Shown here piece by piece: positions 38,273-53,168 of a stretch of 64,000 nucleotides of DNA. Both the position numbers and the translations under genes were made by a program. Numbering within the stretch: position 1 is the first letter of the stretch; every line of letters begins with the position of its first letter. The notes under the pieces were generated by a model. It was not told the origin of the DNA. It was given only the letters and a program-made list of their open reading frames with translations, and searched no databases. The DNA is from Octopus sinensis. Taxonomy: Eukaryota. The stretch covers positions 64,108,001-64,172,000 of the forward strand of contig NC_043003.1 of the NCBI RefSeq assembly GCF_006345805.1, written 5' to 3'.

Positions 38273-41200
38273 TATATATGTATATATATACACACACACA
38301 CACAAACACATATATATGTGACAAGCTTCCACTGAGTTTCCATCAACCAGATACACTCAGAAGGCATTGATCAGTGAGGAGCTATCACAGAACATAGAAG
38401 ACACTACCCCAGGGGTCCACATGCTGGACTGAACTCCAAACCATATGTTTGCAAAGTAAACACACCCATATCTATATGTTTAACTTTTCTTAAGTATCTT
38501 TAATTTTTTCCTATGGCTTGCTAATCTTTCTAGAATCTTCTGATGGGATAGTATTTATCATCAGTGTAATTAACTGAAGAAATTTCTCTTAAGATTATGA
38601 AACAAATTTCTCAACCACAACACCGTACCACAGGAATCATTATTCCAAGAATGGTAACCATTTCTCCTGACATAATTCCCAGTATGTTAGCCATTTCTTG
38701 ATTCAAAACTTTTTCTTCTACGTATGGAGACGATATTTCTCCATCAGTCAGCTCCTGTTTATATGTCTGTTTAACTATTCTTGCGGTCTCGTGAAATAAC
38801 AAATTTGATGTTTCCTGAGGATTCTGTACTCAAATTAACTTGTTCTAGGGCTTTTTTTTTTGTTTGTTTGTTTGCTTTTTATTTTATTTTATTTTTTTCT
38901 CATCATGGTTTCTTTATCATATAATATTTGTCTGGATTTCATATAAAATTCAGTCAACCATTTCAAAAGAGAAAAACTTGTAAGAAGAAAGAGTTCCAAC
39001 TGATATTGCTTCTAACACCTAGTGTGTTTGTGTGTAGTTGTGTGCATATGTGGAATGCACGTACACATGTGACATGCATGCGCATAACTATATATGCATA
39101 AAGAAAGTTAAATTCTTCATTGGAAACTCTATTTTTTTTACTACTTCCCATCATCAAACAACAGCCAGCACTAAACAATTTATAGTTTAGGGTCTCCCAG
39201 TCGACCAGGGCATCAAAATAATTAAAAGGTATATAGGGTTTCAGTTTTAGTGAGATGTTTTAGTACAATTTTTTAACAAGGGACTTCCAGGTTTTATGAA
39301 GCTTAAAGCATCACCAAGTTTGAATCCAGCACTTACAGCCCTACAAGGACACCACTTTCAAGGATTTTAGTGAAATATGTTGAGCCCACTACTTTGTCTG
39401 GTACCCATTTTATTGATCTCTGTCTATGAACCAGTTGAGTTTGGTTTACAAGCCTCTTTAGGGAGTTACCTCCTCTAGTGAGCAAATACTAAAAGGGGCC
39501 TATATCAGTGTATCACATTCATGTACTTACATAATACATCATTTAAGTATATATGAGCATGTTTAGATATGGAAGTATATGCATGGGAAGACATACATAA
39601 AACAAAACATACAAATCTGCATATATACATACATACCTTGTTGTTGATGTTGAAATTCCAATGAAGGAGCCTGGGATCTTGGTTAGAAACTGACCCTTTC
39701 TCAATTGGCAAGAAATTTTGAAATAAAACTGAATAATGACATACATCACATGATCATGTAATCGACCAGATTACTACATGCTGTTGTACATCACTGGTCA
39801 CATTGCACTTTACATTATTTTAGCTTTTGAATGGGGCCACCCCATTGGCTAGGGTTAAATATGTTTGACAGTTATTGATGTATGGAAGTTAATTGGATAG
39901 TTTTTGAGTGACAAAGTTTAATCTCTCATGTGGTTTTAAACACCATCAGCTTCCTTGCTCTTGGCTGTCTTCACTCAAGCTATTTTTGTTGCAAACATTC
40001 ACCACAGTGTGTGCAGTGTGAGACTATCTCTTTTCCTTCATTCCATGAGTTTGATCGACCCTTAAAAAGGTCATGAGTATTTTCCTACCTCAAATAAGCA
40101 TTTTAGGCAAAATTATACAGAGGAGTATATTTGGAAAATAGGGTCGATTAGCAGTGACAGAGAAAAGTAGTTGAAGTATTTCCTAAATAACTTCTTACTA
40201 AATGTCTGCAATAAATTATTATTTATAATTGTTAATATGACTATTATCATTTTAAAGGGGGGTGAGCTGGCAGAATTATTAACACCCTGGGCAAAAGGCT
40301 TAGTGGCATTTCTTCTGTTTTTAAGTTCTGAGTTCAAACTCCACTGAGGTTGACTTTGCCTTTCATCTTCTCAAGGTTGATAGGATAAGTACCAGCTGAA
40401 AACTGGGGGTGATGCAATTCACTTACTCCCTCCCCTGAAAGAGCTGGTCTTATGCCAAAATTTGAAACCGTTGTGGCTATTATGATCTCTCAGATATCTA
40501 TTGTGCTTTTAACACAGCATCCATTACAGATGTTATCTCAAGACAAATACTACAGTAACAGGCCTATCAACTGTGTTTATAAGTTAAGTGTGATACATAC
40601 ATGGCTATTTTAATTTAATACAGCTTCAACTGCATGCACCAAATTTTTACTCAGCCTGGTGACTATTCACAACATCAGAGAATATTTTAACTACTTCAGT
40701 ATCAAAGGTAATGCATTCTCATCTGAGTATGACTGGTCATGAGTACCCATTACTGAAAAAAACCGAAAAAGCCAAAATGCATCTGGCATCCTTGCTGGGG
40801 GATTTTTTTAAACTCTGTCTGATATATATTATGTTTTTAACACTGCACATTCTTACTGCAGTAACTAGTTTATCAACAATTTATGTACACATTAACCATA
40901 ATTTCGTCCTCAGAGATGTGAATTTAAATTGCATTTCCATAATATTTCAACTGGTTTGATCTCAGATTATCATATAATGTCATATTCTTTGATAGCTGCA
41001 TGCATCAGTCGCATTATGGATAAAAGTATTTCCATATTATTTGGCATACAAGATGAATTTTTCAGACGAAAATTTATAGCTGAAAAAGTTAGGTTGGCTT
41101 ATACCCCAAGACAACATTGGAGGACCAAAAGTTCCATGTGAAATGTAGCAGAATCTGGAAAGATAGCGCCAATGTTTGAATATTTAGACAATATACTATG

Positions 41201-41435
41201 TCAAGTTGTATTCCGGAAAACACAGTTCTACCTGTAATTTACAGGTAAAAGTTTGAACTTCATATCAACTTCAACAGTATACATCCAGAAATATTAATTA
41301 CTTAGTAAAAGTATAAAAGTTTTTAATGAACCTAATGTCAAGTTAATTAACATCCATTGAACCTAATTAAATGTGTTGTATTTCATATAACTCAATATTT
41401 AATAGGTAGTTTTCTATACTTTCCAATGTAAACAT

Positions 41436-41539
41436 CAGTAGCAATAGTAGTAGTGGCAGTAGCAGCAGCAGCAGTAGCAACGGTAGTAGTAGTAGTAGTA
41501 GTAGTAGTAGCAGCAGCAGCAGCAGTAGCAGCAGCAACG

Positions 41540-41570
<31 letters not shown>

Positions 41571-41722
41571 CAGCAGCAGCAGCAGTAGCAGCAGCAACGG
41601 TAGTAGTAGTAGTAGTAGTTGCTGTGGCAGCAGCAGAAGTAGCAGCAACGATAGTAGTAGTTGCTGTGGCAGTAGTAAAAGTACCAGCAGCAGTAATAGT
41701 AGTCATAGTAGTAGTGGTAGTC
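41436..41722. repeat. Compound (GTA)n/(GCA)n repeat with ~60-bp higher-order unit
   Basis: AGCAGTAGCAGCAGCAACGG(TAG)n recurs at 41521 and 41581. Confidence 0.9.
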
Positions 41723-42136
41723 GTAAGAAGTCATCTAATTTAGCAATTACTCTAAGCTTTTCTTCCTCATTTCCTCCAGAATATTCTTTTGCTCAGCAGC
41801 AGTTTTTTTTCCAATTGATCAGCATTTTCATTTTTCAAATTGCAAACTTTGCATTTCTTTTCTCATTTCCATTGCATAACCTACTTTTTTTTTTTCATCT
41901 TAACAGTTGCAGAGTTCTTCCTATCTAACTTAATTTTAATTTCCCAGTTGTGCAAAGGAATATCAGGTTCTCGTAGTCAGTTTAAAATTTTAATATACTG
42001 ATTAAGCACAACCATGACCATGTGGAGGTATAGGTGTGGCTGCGTGGTGAAGAAGTTTGCTTCAAAACTACATGGTTTTGAGTTCAACTGATGTACATGG
42101 CACTTTGGGCGAGTACCTTCTATTATTGCCCTAGGC

Positions 42137-43206
42137 CAGTGTTTCTCAACCTTTTTACCCTTGCATAACCCTTGAAATAAATTACATGTCTCTAGGAACC
42201 CCTACACAAACAAAATTATACACCCTATCTTTCTCATATTCTTTTCATTGTGTCACATAACCAGCCCATTTAAAAGTACCTTTGAATCGTCAGGTGACAT
42301 GCCATGCTTGAGGAGACCGACTGAGTCAAGTAAAATCAAAAATCAAATCATCATCATCGTTTAACATTCGCTTTCCATGCTAGCATGAGTTGGACGATTT
42401 GACTGAAGACTGGCAAATCAGATAGCTGCACAAGGCTCCAATCTGATCTGGCAGAGTTTCTACAGCTGGATGCCCTTCCTAACACCAACCACTCCGAGTG
42501 TAGTGGGTGCTTTTATGTGCCACCGGCACGAAGGCCAGTCAGGCGTTACTGGCAACGGCCATGCTCAAATGGTGTTTCTTATGTGCCACCAGCACAGGAG
42601 CCACAAATCACAATCAAAAATGGAAAATGTAGTTGTGACTGTTGCCAGTGCTGCCTGACTGGCTCTTTGTGCACATAAACAGCACCATCCGAATGTGGTC
42701 GATGCCAGCCTCTGCCGCCCCGACTGGCTCCTGTGCAGGTAGCACATAAAAAGCACCATCGGAACGTGGCTGATACCAGTGCCACCAGACTGGCTCCCGT
42801 GCTGGTGGCATGTAAAAAGCACCCACTACACTCTCAGAGTGGTTGACGTTAGGAAGGGCATCCAGCTGTAGAAACATTGCCGGATCAGACTGGAGCCTGG
42901 TGTGACCTCCTGGCTTGCCAGTCCCCAGTCAAACAGTGCAACCCATGCCAGCTTGGAAAACTGACGTTAAATGATGATGATGATGATATATATATATATG
43001 TGTGTGTGTGTTTGTGTGTGTGTATTATATGGTTGTTATATTTTTTTGATAACATAATAGGTTAGATAGGATGATGTCTATATTACAGTAACCAATAATA
43101 TGTTGTGCATGTTTAGTGATATTACGATCATGAAATTAGCATTAGCTTATCTCACTCTTTCTTGTGGAACCGTAGATTTCCAGGGAACCCCGGTTGAGAA
43201 ACGTTG
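42137..43206. mobile_element. hAT/Charlie-like non-autonomous element carrying nested family-C insertions
   Basis: TIR CAGTGTTTCTCAACC ... GGTTGAGAAACGTTG. It interrupts a family-A SINE (head 42030-42136, resuming at ~43210). The 8-bp TSD is degenerate. Confidence 0.65.
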
Positions 43207-43877
43207 CCCCAGAAACTGAAAGATGCCCTTCATACACACACACATGCTGGAACACCACCTTAAAGGTATTTTTAAGGTGGTGAGCTGGCAGAAACGTTAG
43301 CATGCTGGGCGAAACGCCTAGGAGTATTTCATCTGCCGCTACATTCTGAGTTCAAATTCCGCCGAGGTCGACTTTGCCTTTCATCCTTTCGGGGGTCAAT
43401 TAAATAAGTACCAGTTACGCACTGGGGTTGATATAATCGACTTAATCCATTTGTCTGTCCTTGTTTGTCATCTCTGTGTTTAGCCCCTTGTAGGTAGTAA
43501 AGAAATAGGTATTTTTAGTCGAGCAAATCAACCCCAGCATGTATTCTTTGTAAGCTTGGTACTTATTCTATCAATCTCTTTTGCTGAACCGCTAAGCTAC
43601 GGGGACATAAACACACTTGCATCAGTTGTCAAGCGATGGTGATATATATATCATCATCATCATCATTTAACGTCCGCTTTCCATGCTGGCATGGGTTGGA
43701 CGATTTGACTGGGGACTGGTGAGCCAGATGGCTACACCAGGCTCCAATCTGATCTGGCAGAGTTTCAACAGCTGGATGTCTTTCCTAATACCAACCACTC
43801 CGAGAGTGTAGTGGATGCTTTTACATGCCATATATATATACATATATATATATACATACATATATATATATATATAT

Positions 43878-43929
<52 letters not shown>

Positions 43930-46406
43930 GGATAAATAGATAGACTGACTGATAGCTAGATAGATATACATTTATGTATATGTTTATGTTTCCTTGCTTG
44001 GAAAGAGATAAGGGTTAGTGACAGGAAGGACATCCAGCTGTAGAAAGATCTACCTCAATAAACTCTGTCCAACCAATTAAAATGATGATGATGACGACAA
44101 CGATGACGATGATGATGATAATGAGGATAGTGGTGGTGGTGGTGGTGATGACAACGATGATGATGATTAACAAATATTTCATTATCACTTTTCCATTTCT
44201 GTTTTTTTTTTTTTAATTTTTGTTATTTTACACAAATTAATTGCTCATGCTCATCAAGACTGGATAAACTTGTGGTTGATAAATACCTCCTTTGAGGCTT
44301 AAGAACAACAGCAACAACAACAAATAATAATAATAATAATAATGATAATAATAATAATAACAATGATAATGATAATAACAACAATGACGTAAATCCCATC
44401 GACAATTGTAGCTTGATTCCAACAGATTGAATATTTACTTCAATTATCATCATTTAATTCTACTTTATCTCAAAACTACCAATGCACATTTATAACTGCC
44501 TACTTATCTATGTACTTTTTTAAATAAAATATATATAAGAAATAATACCAAAAAACTATATTTTCAAAAATCTAAAATGGCAGAATTGAAACATGACAAA
44601 ATAAAAAAAAAATTTAAAAAAAAAAAAAAAAAACAAGAGAAAAAAAAAAATAAAAGAAACAATTATGATAAAAGGCCACAGCAACATGCTGAGGAGTTAA
44701 ATTAAGCTTTCTTTAAAAATATTAAATTGCAAGCAGAGATAAATGAAGTGTTGCTATTTATTATTAATACGTGACAAAAATGTGTTTAGATAGAAAATTA
44801 CATGGAGACTAAGCTTAATTGTGTTCAGTTTTGTGAATAAGTTTCTTTCAGTCTCTTTCCCTCTCTCTCTCTCTCTCTCTCTCTCACGCATGCTTGCTCA
44901 AACACACACATACACACACACACACACATATTTATATCTTTATTCCTTTTTCTTTTCTTTTACTTGTTTCAGTCATTTGACTGCGACCATGCTGGAGCAC
45001 CGCTGTTAGCTGAGCAAATCGACCCAGGGAATTATTCTTTCTAAGCCTAGCACTTATTCTATTGGTCTCTTTAGCTGAACCACTAAGTCAATGGCAAGTA
45101 AACACACCACCATCGGTTGTCAAGTGATGTTGGGGGAGGGGCAAACACAGACACAAACATATATATATACATATATATACATCGGTGGCACGTAAAAAGC
45201 ACCATCCGTTCGTGTCTGTTGCCAGCCTCGCCTGGCCCCCGTGCTGGTGGCACATAAAAAGCACCATCCGTTCGTGGCCGTTTGCCAGCTCTGTCTGGCA
45301 CCCGTGTGGGTGGCACATGAAAAGCACCCACTACACTCACGGAGTGGTTGGCGTTAGGAAGGGCATCCAGCCATAGAAACACTGCCAGATTTGACTAGGC
45401 CTGATGAAGCCTTCTGGCTTCACAGACCCCAGTTGAACCGTCCAACCCATGCCAGCATGGAAAACGGACGCTAAATGATGATGATGATGATGATGGGCTT
45501 CTTTCAGTTTCCATTTACCAAATCCACTCGCAAGCCTTTTGTCGGCCTGAGGCTATAGTAGAAGATATTTGCCCAAGGTGCCATGCAGTGGGACTGAAAC
45601 TGGAACCATGTGGCTGGTAAGCAAGCTACTTACCATACAGCCACTCCTGCACTTATTTATCTTTAATTTTCCGTTTGTTTCTGTCATTGGACTTTGGCCA
45701 TGCAGATGCAACACCAAGAAGGGTTTTAGCTGAGCAAATCACCTTCAGTAATTAGGGGGTTTTTTTTTGTCTTTGTAGATCTGTTACTTAATTATATCAA
45801 TCTCTTTTACTGAATATTTGATGTTACGAGGATGTAAACATACCAACACCTGTCTTCAGGCAGTGCTGGAAAGGATGACAAAGAGAGAGACACAGTAGCA
45901 TATCATCCTCCTCATCATCACCATTTAACATCTGTTTTCCACGCTGGTATGGGTTGGATAGTTTGACCAGAGCTGCTCCAGGTTCCAGTTTGATTTGACT
46001 TTGTTTTTATGGATGGCTGTTCTTTCTAATGCCAACCATTTTCCAGAGTGTGCTGGGTACTTTTTATGTAGACCGGCACATATTTCTCACATATGTATGT
46101 ATACACACACATATTTACAAATATGTATGTATATATACAAATACACACATACATATGTATACACACATATGAGAAATTCACATAAGCCTATGCTTACTTA
46201 TTACAAAAGACTTAGAGTGCCTTTAATAAGTTAGATACAAAAGAGGTACACCAAAGAAATATATATATATAATATCCTCATCGTTTACCGTCTGCTTTCT
46301 ATGCTAGCATGGGCTGGACAGTTTGACTGAGGACTGGTGAGCCAGAGGCTGCACCAGGGTCAATCTGATGTACATAATTCCTCATCTCTTAAGTATAGAA
46401 CTTGTT

Positions 46407-46442
<36 letters not shown>

Positions 46443-47266
46443 AGCTTCCAATCAATTTCTATCAACTAAATACATTCACAAGGCTTCAAGTCAACCTTAA
46501 GATATAGCAGAAGACAGCAACATTATATTACTAGTTAGTCGTCCATAAGTCAGATGGTTATGACTATGGCATATTGCTGGTTAGGACATTACTGTTGGTT
46601 TCATGCAGACTACTGCAACTAGGCAATATTGACAACGCTTCAGATATACTGGCTGAAAGTGTATAGGTGACTTCTTTTATGCGGGACGTATATATAATCT
46701 TTATGTGGCTTGGTGTTGTGTTGGTAGATATAAATAGAATGAAACATAAGGGAAAAAATTATTAAACAATGTGTAGCTGCATTGTGTCCAGGTGAGACTG
46801 TGAGAAGGATTTCTAGAGTATAGAACCTGCTCTGTTTACCTGAAGATCTGGCTTAATGCCATTTGTGTATTTCAGCACACTAGCTTTCTTTAAATAGGCA
46901 TCTATTCATTAATGTGTGTACATGTATACATGCATAAACATATATATGCACACATATATGTACAAAAATAACATATGTTCGCTGTACATTCTGTAGAGTG
47001 GTTGGCGTTAGGAAGGACAGCCAATCATAGAAACCAAGTGAAAACAGACCAGAGCCTAGAGCAGTTCTCTGGCTTTACAGCCCATGGTAGCATGGAAAAA
47101 GGATGATGATGATGATGATACATATAGTGAGAATTTACAAAACAACAAAAGATTAAGACAGGTGTGTAAACAACAAACAGATGTATTAGTTTAATGCTTG
47201 GGAAGTGAGAGAGTCTTTTACGTTTCGAGCCTATGCTCTTCGACACAAAGGAACACAGAAATAAAC

Positions 47267-47303
<37 letters not shown>

Positions 47304-47705
47304 AGGTCCACCTGACTGGCAACCGTGCCGGTGGCATGTAAAAAGCACAATCAGAATGTGGCCGACGCCAATTACCCCTGACTGGCTCTCGTGCCAGTGG
47401 CATGTAAAAAGCACTATCCGAACGTGATTGATACCAGTGCCCACTGACTGGCTATCATGCCAGTGGCATGTAAAAAGCACTATCCAAATGTGATTGATGC
47501 CAGGCACACCTGACTGGCTCCTGTGCCAATGGCACATTCAAAACACCCAATACACGCTCGGAGTGGTTGGCATTAAGAAGGACATCCAGTTGTAAACATC
47601 CTGCCAAAACAGTCACATAAGTCTGATGCAGACTTCCACCTGGCCAGCTCTTGTAAAACCATCTAACCCATGCCAGAATGGAAGGCAGATGTTAAATGAT
47701 GATGA

Positions 47706-47762
<57 letters not shown>

Positions 47763-48155
47763 CATCATCATCATCATCATATATATATATTTGTGTGTAT
47801 GTTTGTGTCTGTGTTTGCATCCCCATAACTTAGCTGTTCAGCAGACGATACTGTTAGAATAAGCACCAGGCTCACATAGAATAAGTCAAGGGGTTGATTT
47901 CTTCGACTAAAAGGCGGTGCTCCAGCATAGCCACAGTCCAATGACTGAAGCAAATAAAAGAATAAAAGAATACATACACATATAGGCGCAGGAGTGGCTG
48001 TGTGGTAAGTAGCTTGTTTACCAACCACATGGTTCCAGGTTCAGTCCTACTGCATGGCACTTTGGGCAAGTGTTTTCTACTATAGCCTCGGGCCGACCAA
48101 AGCCTTGTGAGTGGATTTGGTAGACGGAAACTGAAAGAAGCCTGTCGTATATATG

Positions 48156-48195
<40 letters not shown>

Positions 48196-50392
48196 CGTGT
48201 GTGTTTGTGTGAGTGTGTTTGTCCCCCTAGCATTGCTTGACAACCGATGCTGGTGTGTTTATGTCCCCGTTACTTAGCGGTTCGGCAAAAGAGACCGATA
48301 GAATAAGTACTGGGCTTACAAAAGAATAAGTCCCGGGGTCGAGTTGCTCGATTAAAGGCGGTGCTCCAGCATGGCCGCAGTCAAATGACTGAAGCAAATA
48401 AAAGAATAAAAGAATACATACACATGGACACATAACAGGCCAATGCATATGTAGATTCCATATAATTTTTAACTACAAAGTAAAATTATAGAAAAAAAAG
48501 TCCCGACAGACGTAAACATTACCATGCTACATTATTAAGCCTAATAACATAGAATAAACAAAATGCTATGCATACGCACACATTGACTGCATATGTTACT
48601 CATGTTTACATACGTACATACATACATACTTTCTGAATTTTGAGCTAAACTGTATTTGTTGCTTATTTAACTTTATGATTACATAAAATATGATTTGCTT
48701 TAGAAAAGATGTGGAAAACAATAATAAAAATAAATTTGTCAAAGCATAAAATAAAATTTATTTGGCTATAACCAGTTTATATCTGCAAACAAAATGCTTT
48801 TAAATATTACCTTTTTGACCTTTCAGTAAGTACTCTCCTTTACAAAATCTCCAGACATTTTTAGCTAAAAGCTCTTTAATGTACAAAACATTTCCATGTA
48901 AAATCATTTATAATAAAATTTGCAAACTTGCACGAAAAACAGTTGATAAAATTCTAGTCAAGCTTTCATCAAATAGATTTCAAATGAGTGTTATTTTGTC
49001 TTAAACATTCATTTGTTTTTAAGAGAAATTTTTCTTAAAACTCTCTTTGAATACTTTGAAGAGTTTTCTGTATCAAGAGCTAATATAATTTACCCTTTAA
49101 AAAAAAAAGAACTAAGAGTAGAGAATAAAAATGTTCTGTGTTGTGTTTAAATGTTTTAAGATTGTTTTTTTTAAATACATTTATTTTTTCTCCTCTTTTT
49201 TTTTCTAACACTCATATGGTTTAGATACAAGGTGTGCCCTGGTGGCCTGTTATTGTAAGGAAGATAATCATTTCTAGAATATTATATTTAATTTGTTTCT
49301 ACTCATTACAAGGACCATACAGTTTCTAGGTGTAGCTGTGTGGTAAGAAGCTTGCTTATGAACCACATGGTTCCGGGTTCAGTCCCACAGCATGGCACCT
49401 TGGGCAAGTGCCTTCTACTATAGCCTCGGGCCGACCAAAAGCCTTGATTTGGTAGATGGAAACTGAAAGAAGCCTGTCATATGTGTGTGTGTATGTGTGT
49501 GCCTTATTGTCTGTGTTTCTCCCCCACCACTGCTTGTCAACCAGTGATGGTATGTTTACCTCCCTGTAACTTAGCAATTTGGCAAAAGAGACCAATAGAA
49601 TAAATGCCAGGCTTAAAAGAAAAAATAATTACTGGAACCGATTCATTCGACTAAAAAGTTCTTCAAGGTGGTGCCCCAGCATGGCCGCATTCTAATGACT
49701 GAAACAAGCAAAAGATTGAAGATAAGTAACTATGGACAGAACCATTTCATTCTTATATGAAATCATCAGCATAACATAACCTGAGGTAAATAAATTAAAC
49801 ATTTTATGAAGGAAGATATTTCTTATAGACTGAAAATAATTACAGTTTAGAAGACATTTACATAAATTGTTGAAGATTTGTCATTGTATGGTTGAATTCC
49901 TCTTTCTAATATCAACTATTCAAATGTGAAGAAAATCTATTAAACAAACAGCAAAAAATAATGAACCATATCTTAGGTACCAACATGTTAATGCTAGTAG
50001 AAATTCTATAGCAGATTCATTGGTCGTTAGTCAAACACATTAACTATTGCGCTATTAGTTTCAAGTAGACAAAAATCTACAATAAACAAATTTATTGGCT
50101 TATTGACTAACACACACACACGACACATACTTTCCATTTTTCCTCCAGCAAATGTCCATCATCACCATCATCATTTTAATATTGACTGGCACTGGCTGGA
50201 CAGAATTCTTTGAAGCATGTTTTCTATGGCTGGACACCCTCCTTCTCACCCCCACCCCCACATGTTTGCAAGCAAGCTTATATTCTTCATGGCCAGACAT
50301 GTTTCCACGGAGGATTGGAAATTAATGACACCGCTTGTACAGCACCACTTGGTTACAACTCTGACATGAGATCAAGACAACTCACAGACACA

Positions 50393-50438
<46 letters not shown>

Positions 50439-50485
50439 CATACATACACACACATATGTATACACAGATATACATATGCACACAC

Positions 50486-50581
<96 letters not shown>

Positions 50582-51435
50582 GTGTATTATATATATATAT
50601 ATACATGTATATATATACGTGTATATACATATATATACATATATATATACATATATATATATATATACAAACATATATATATATACATATATATATATAG
50701 ACACACACACACATATGTATATAAATATACTGACAATATTAAAAATAAGGGTTACTCCAAAGTAGCAACAGCATTACCTTTAATTCTGTAATTATATTCT
50801 GCCTTTTAAGACCAACACATGTCTCAATTGCACTGATTAGTAACCATTGCAATTGCAGCCCTACGATGAGACGGTGTAGCCTCTTGAGGGCCTTAACTTG
50901 ATATCCCTCGGTATGGCTGTTTAATGATTTGATTTTATAACTTTTGCATTTTAGAATGTAGAGCTGTCTATTAAGTCAGACGCGAACAATATCTATTTCA
51001 AGTTCTTGTTGGATAATCATATCCAGTCCATCATTTATATATATATATATATACATATATCATCATCATCATCGTTTAATATCCATTTTCCATGCTGGCA
51101 TGGGTTGGACAGTTTGACTGAGGTCTGGGGAGCCAGTGGCTGCACCAGGCTCTAATCTGATCTGGCAATATTTCTACAGCTAGATGCCCTTCCTAATGCC
51201 AACCACTCTGAGAGTGTAGTGGGTGCATTTTATGTGCCACTGGCTTGGGAGCCAGTGAAGCAGGCCTAGCATCAATCATGTTCAGATAGAGCTTTTTATG
51301 TGCCACTAGCATGGGTTCCACTTAGTGGGTACTGGCATCGGCCACGTTCAGATGATGCATATATATATGAAGCATATATACATATAAAAATGAGTAAATA
51401 TTCAACATGAATACTTGTAAAAAATGGTGTTGTTA

Positions 51436-51484
<49 letters not shown>

Positions 51485-51552
51485 CAGTGGCAAAGCTAAA
51501 TAATTGATAATAACAATAACACATTTGTGGCAGCAAGCGATATTTGTATTAA

Positions 51553-51769
51553 TCCTTTTGATACCAACCCGGCTGAAACCGGCTCTGGCTCTGAGTACAA
51601 ATGTCTTGTTTTCATAAGTTTTGAATTAAAATCTTCCATCAAACCTTAGCCACAATTTATGTTCCTAACACTAGCTGAATGATAACTAAGTTATTTTACT
51701 AAACTCTTTGTTATATTTAAAATTGAAAGAAACACAGAGCATCTCAAAATAAATACGGTAACAAAAGGG
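51553..51769. mobile_element. piggyBac-like MITE, copy 2
   Basis: TTAA|TCCTTTTGATACC...GGTAACAAAAGGG|TTAA; reverse complement of 5606-5827. Confidence 0.75.
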
Positions 51770-52915
51770 TTAAACAGTTATACATTAAATTCTTAATTAT
51801 ATTAAAGGGTACACGGAACACAAGCTTGCTATAAAGTGGAAATAAAAACTCCCAACTTAACCACTACTCTCACTGAAAATATGTAATGGACCAAAAGAAA
51901 TCGGGCAAACAAGTGGAATTTAACAAATTATTTCAGCTAAAAAGCTATAGAATAAGGTAACAAATATACCTGGATTGTAATTTCAAATTCTGGCTAACAC
52001 CTCAATTCTTGTCAGCAGGTGTTGCTGAGGTAACATGCTAAATTCCACTCATTTGAGCGATTTCTGTTGGTTCATTACACATTTTCAGTGAGATTGGTAG
52101 TTAAGTTGGGAGCTTTTACCTCCACATTATAGCAAGCTAGTGCTTTGCATACCCTTTAATATAATTTATATATATGTAGGCGCAGGAGTGGCTGTGTGGT
52201 AAGTAGCTTGCTTACCAACCACATGGTTCCGGGTTCAGTACCACTGAATGCATGGCATCTTGGGCAAGTGTCTTCTGCTATAGCCTCAGGCCGACCAAAG
52301 CCTTGTGAGTGTATTTGGTAGATGGAAACTGAAAGAAGCCCGTCGTATATATGTATATATATATATGTGTGTGTATGTGTTTGTCCCCCTAGCATTGCTT
52401 GACAACCGATGCTGGTGTGTTTACGTCGCCGTCACTTAGCAGTTCGGCAAAAGAGAGCGATAGAATAAGTACTGGGCTTACAAAGAATAAGTCCCGGGGT
52501 CAATTTGTTTGACTAAAGGTGGTGCTCCAGCATGGCCGCAGTCAAATGACTGAAACAAGTAAAAGAGTAAAAGACTGGGGTCTCAGAAGCCAGGAGGCTG
52601 CACCAGGCCCCAATCTGATCTGGCAGTGTTTCTACAGCTGGATGCCCTTCCTAACGCCAAGCACACCGAGAGTGTAGTGGGTGCTTTTTACATGACACCG
52701 GCACAGGGGCCAGAGGAGATGGCATCAGCCATGATCGGGTGGTGCTTTTTACATGCTACTGGCACGGGGCTCACAACTACAATTTCCATTTGATTTGATT
52801 TTGATATTGTTGATGTTGATGTATTTGACTCAGTAGGTGTCCTCAAGCATGGCATGTCGCTCTACGATCCAAGGTACTTTTGAGTGGGCTGGTTATATAT
52901 ATATATATATTTATA

Positions 52916-53168
52916 TAAAATTAATCAAATGACATACTAAGTATGTCTACCTGCTGGAAATAACAGTCAAAACCCTTATTTAAATCACCCAAATACATTG
53001 ATAATAACTACAGAAATCAACCGTCTGAAGGCAAATGGGCAAAAACAATCTCTCATTATACATTCAAGTATTTGGACTCATGTGGACCAGCTTCTGAACT
53101 GGCATTACAGGTTTTGACTGTTATTACCAGCAGGTAGACATACTTAGTATGTCCTTCGATTAATTTTA
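52916..53168. mobile_element. MITE-like element with 59-bp terminal inverted repeats
   Basis: 52916-52974 versus 53110-53168: 56/59 match; 135-bp spacer with no ORF. Confidence 0.8.

Noticed and set aside
38611-41141. Short non-repetitive ORFs (38611-38802 -, 40711-40959 +, 40929-41141 +) as a nested gene
   Set aside because: Non-ATG or weak starts, no recognisable domain and no consistent splice sites.
42500-42830. CRISPR-like spaced repeats (~60-bp units)
   Set aside because: Eukaryotic context; these are degenerate tandem units inside family C with no unique spacers or cas genes.
2008-50791. Dozens of CV/HT/YI-rich ORFs in the track
   Set aside because: They are translations of (TG)n/(CA)n/(TA)n microsatellites, open in several frames on both strands.
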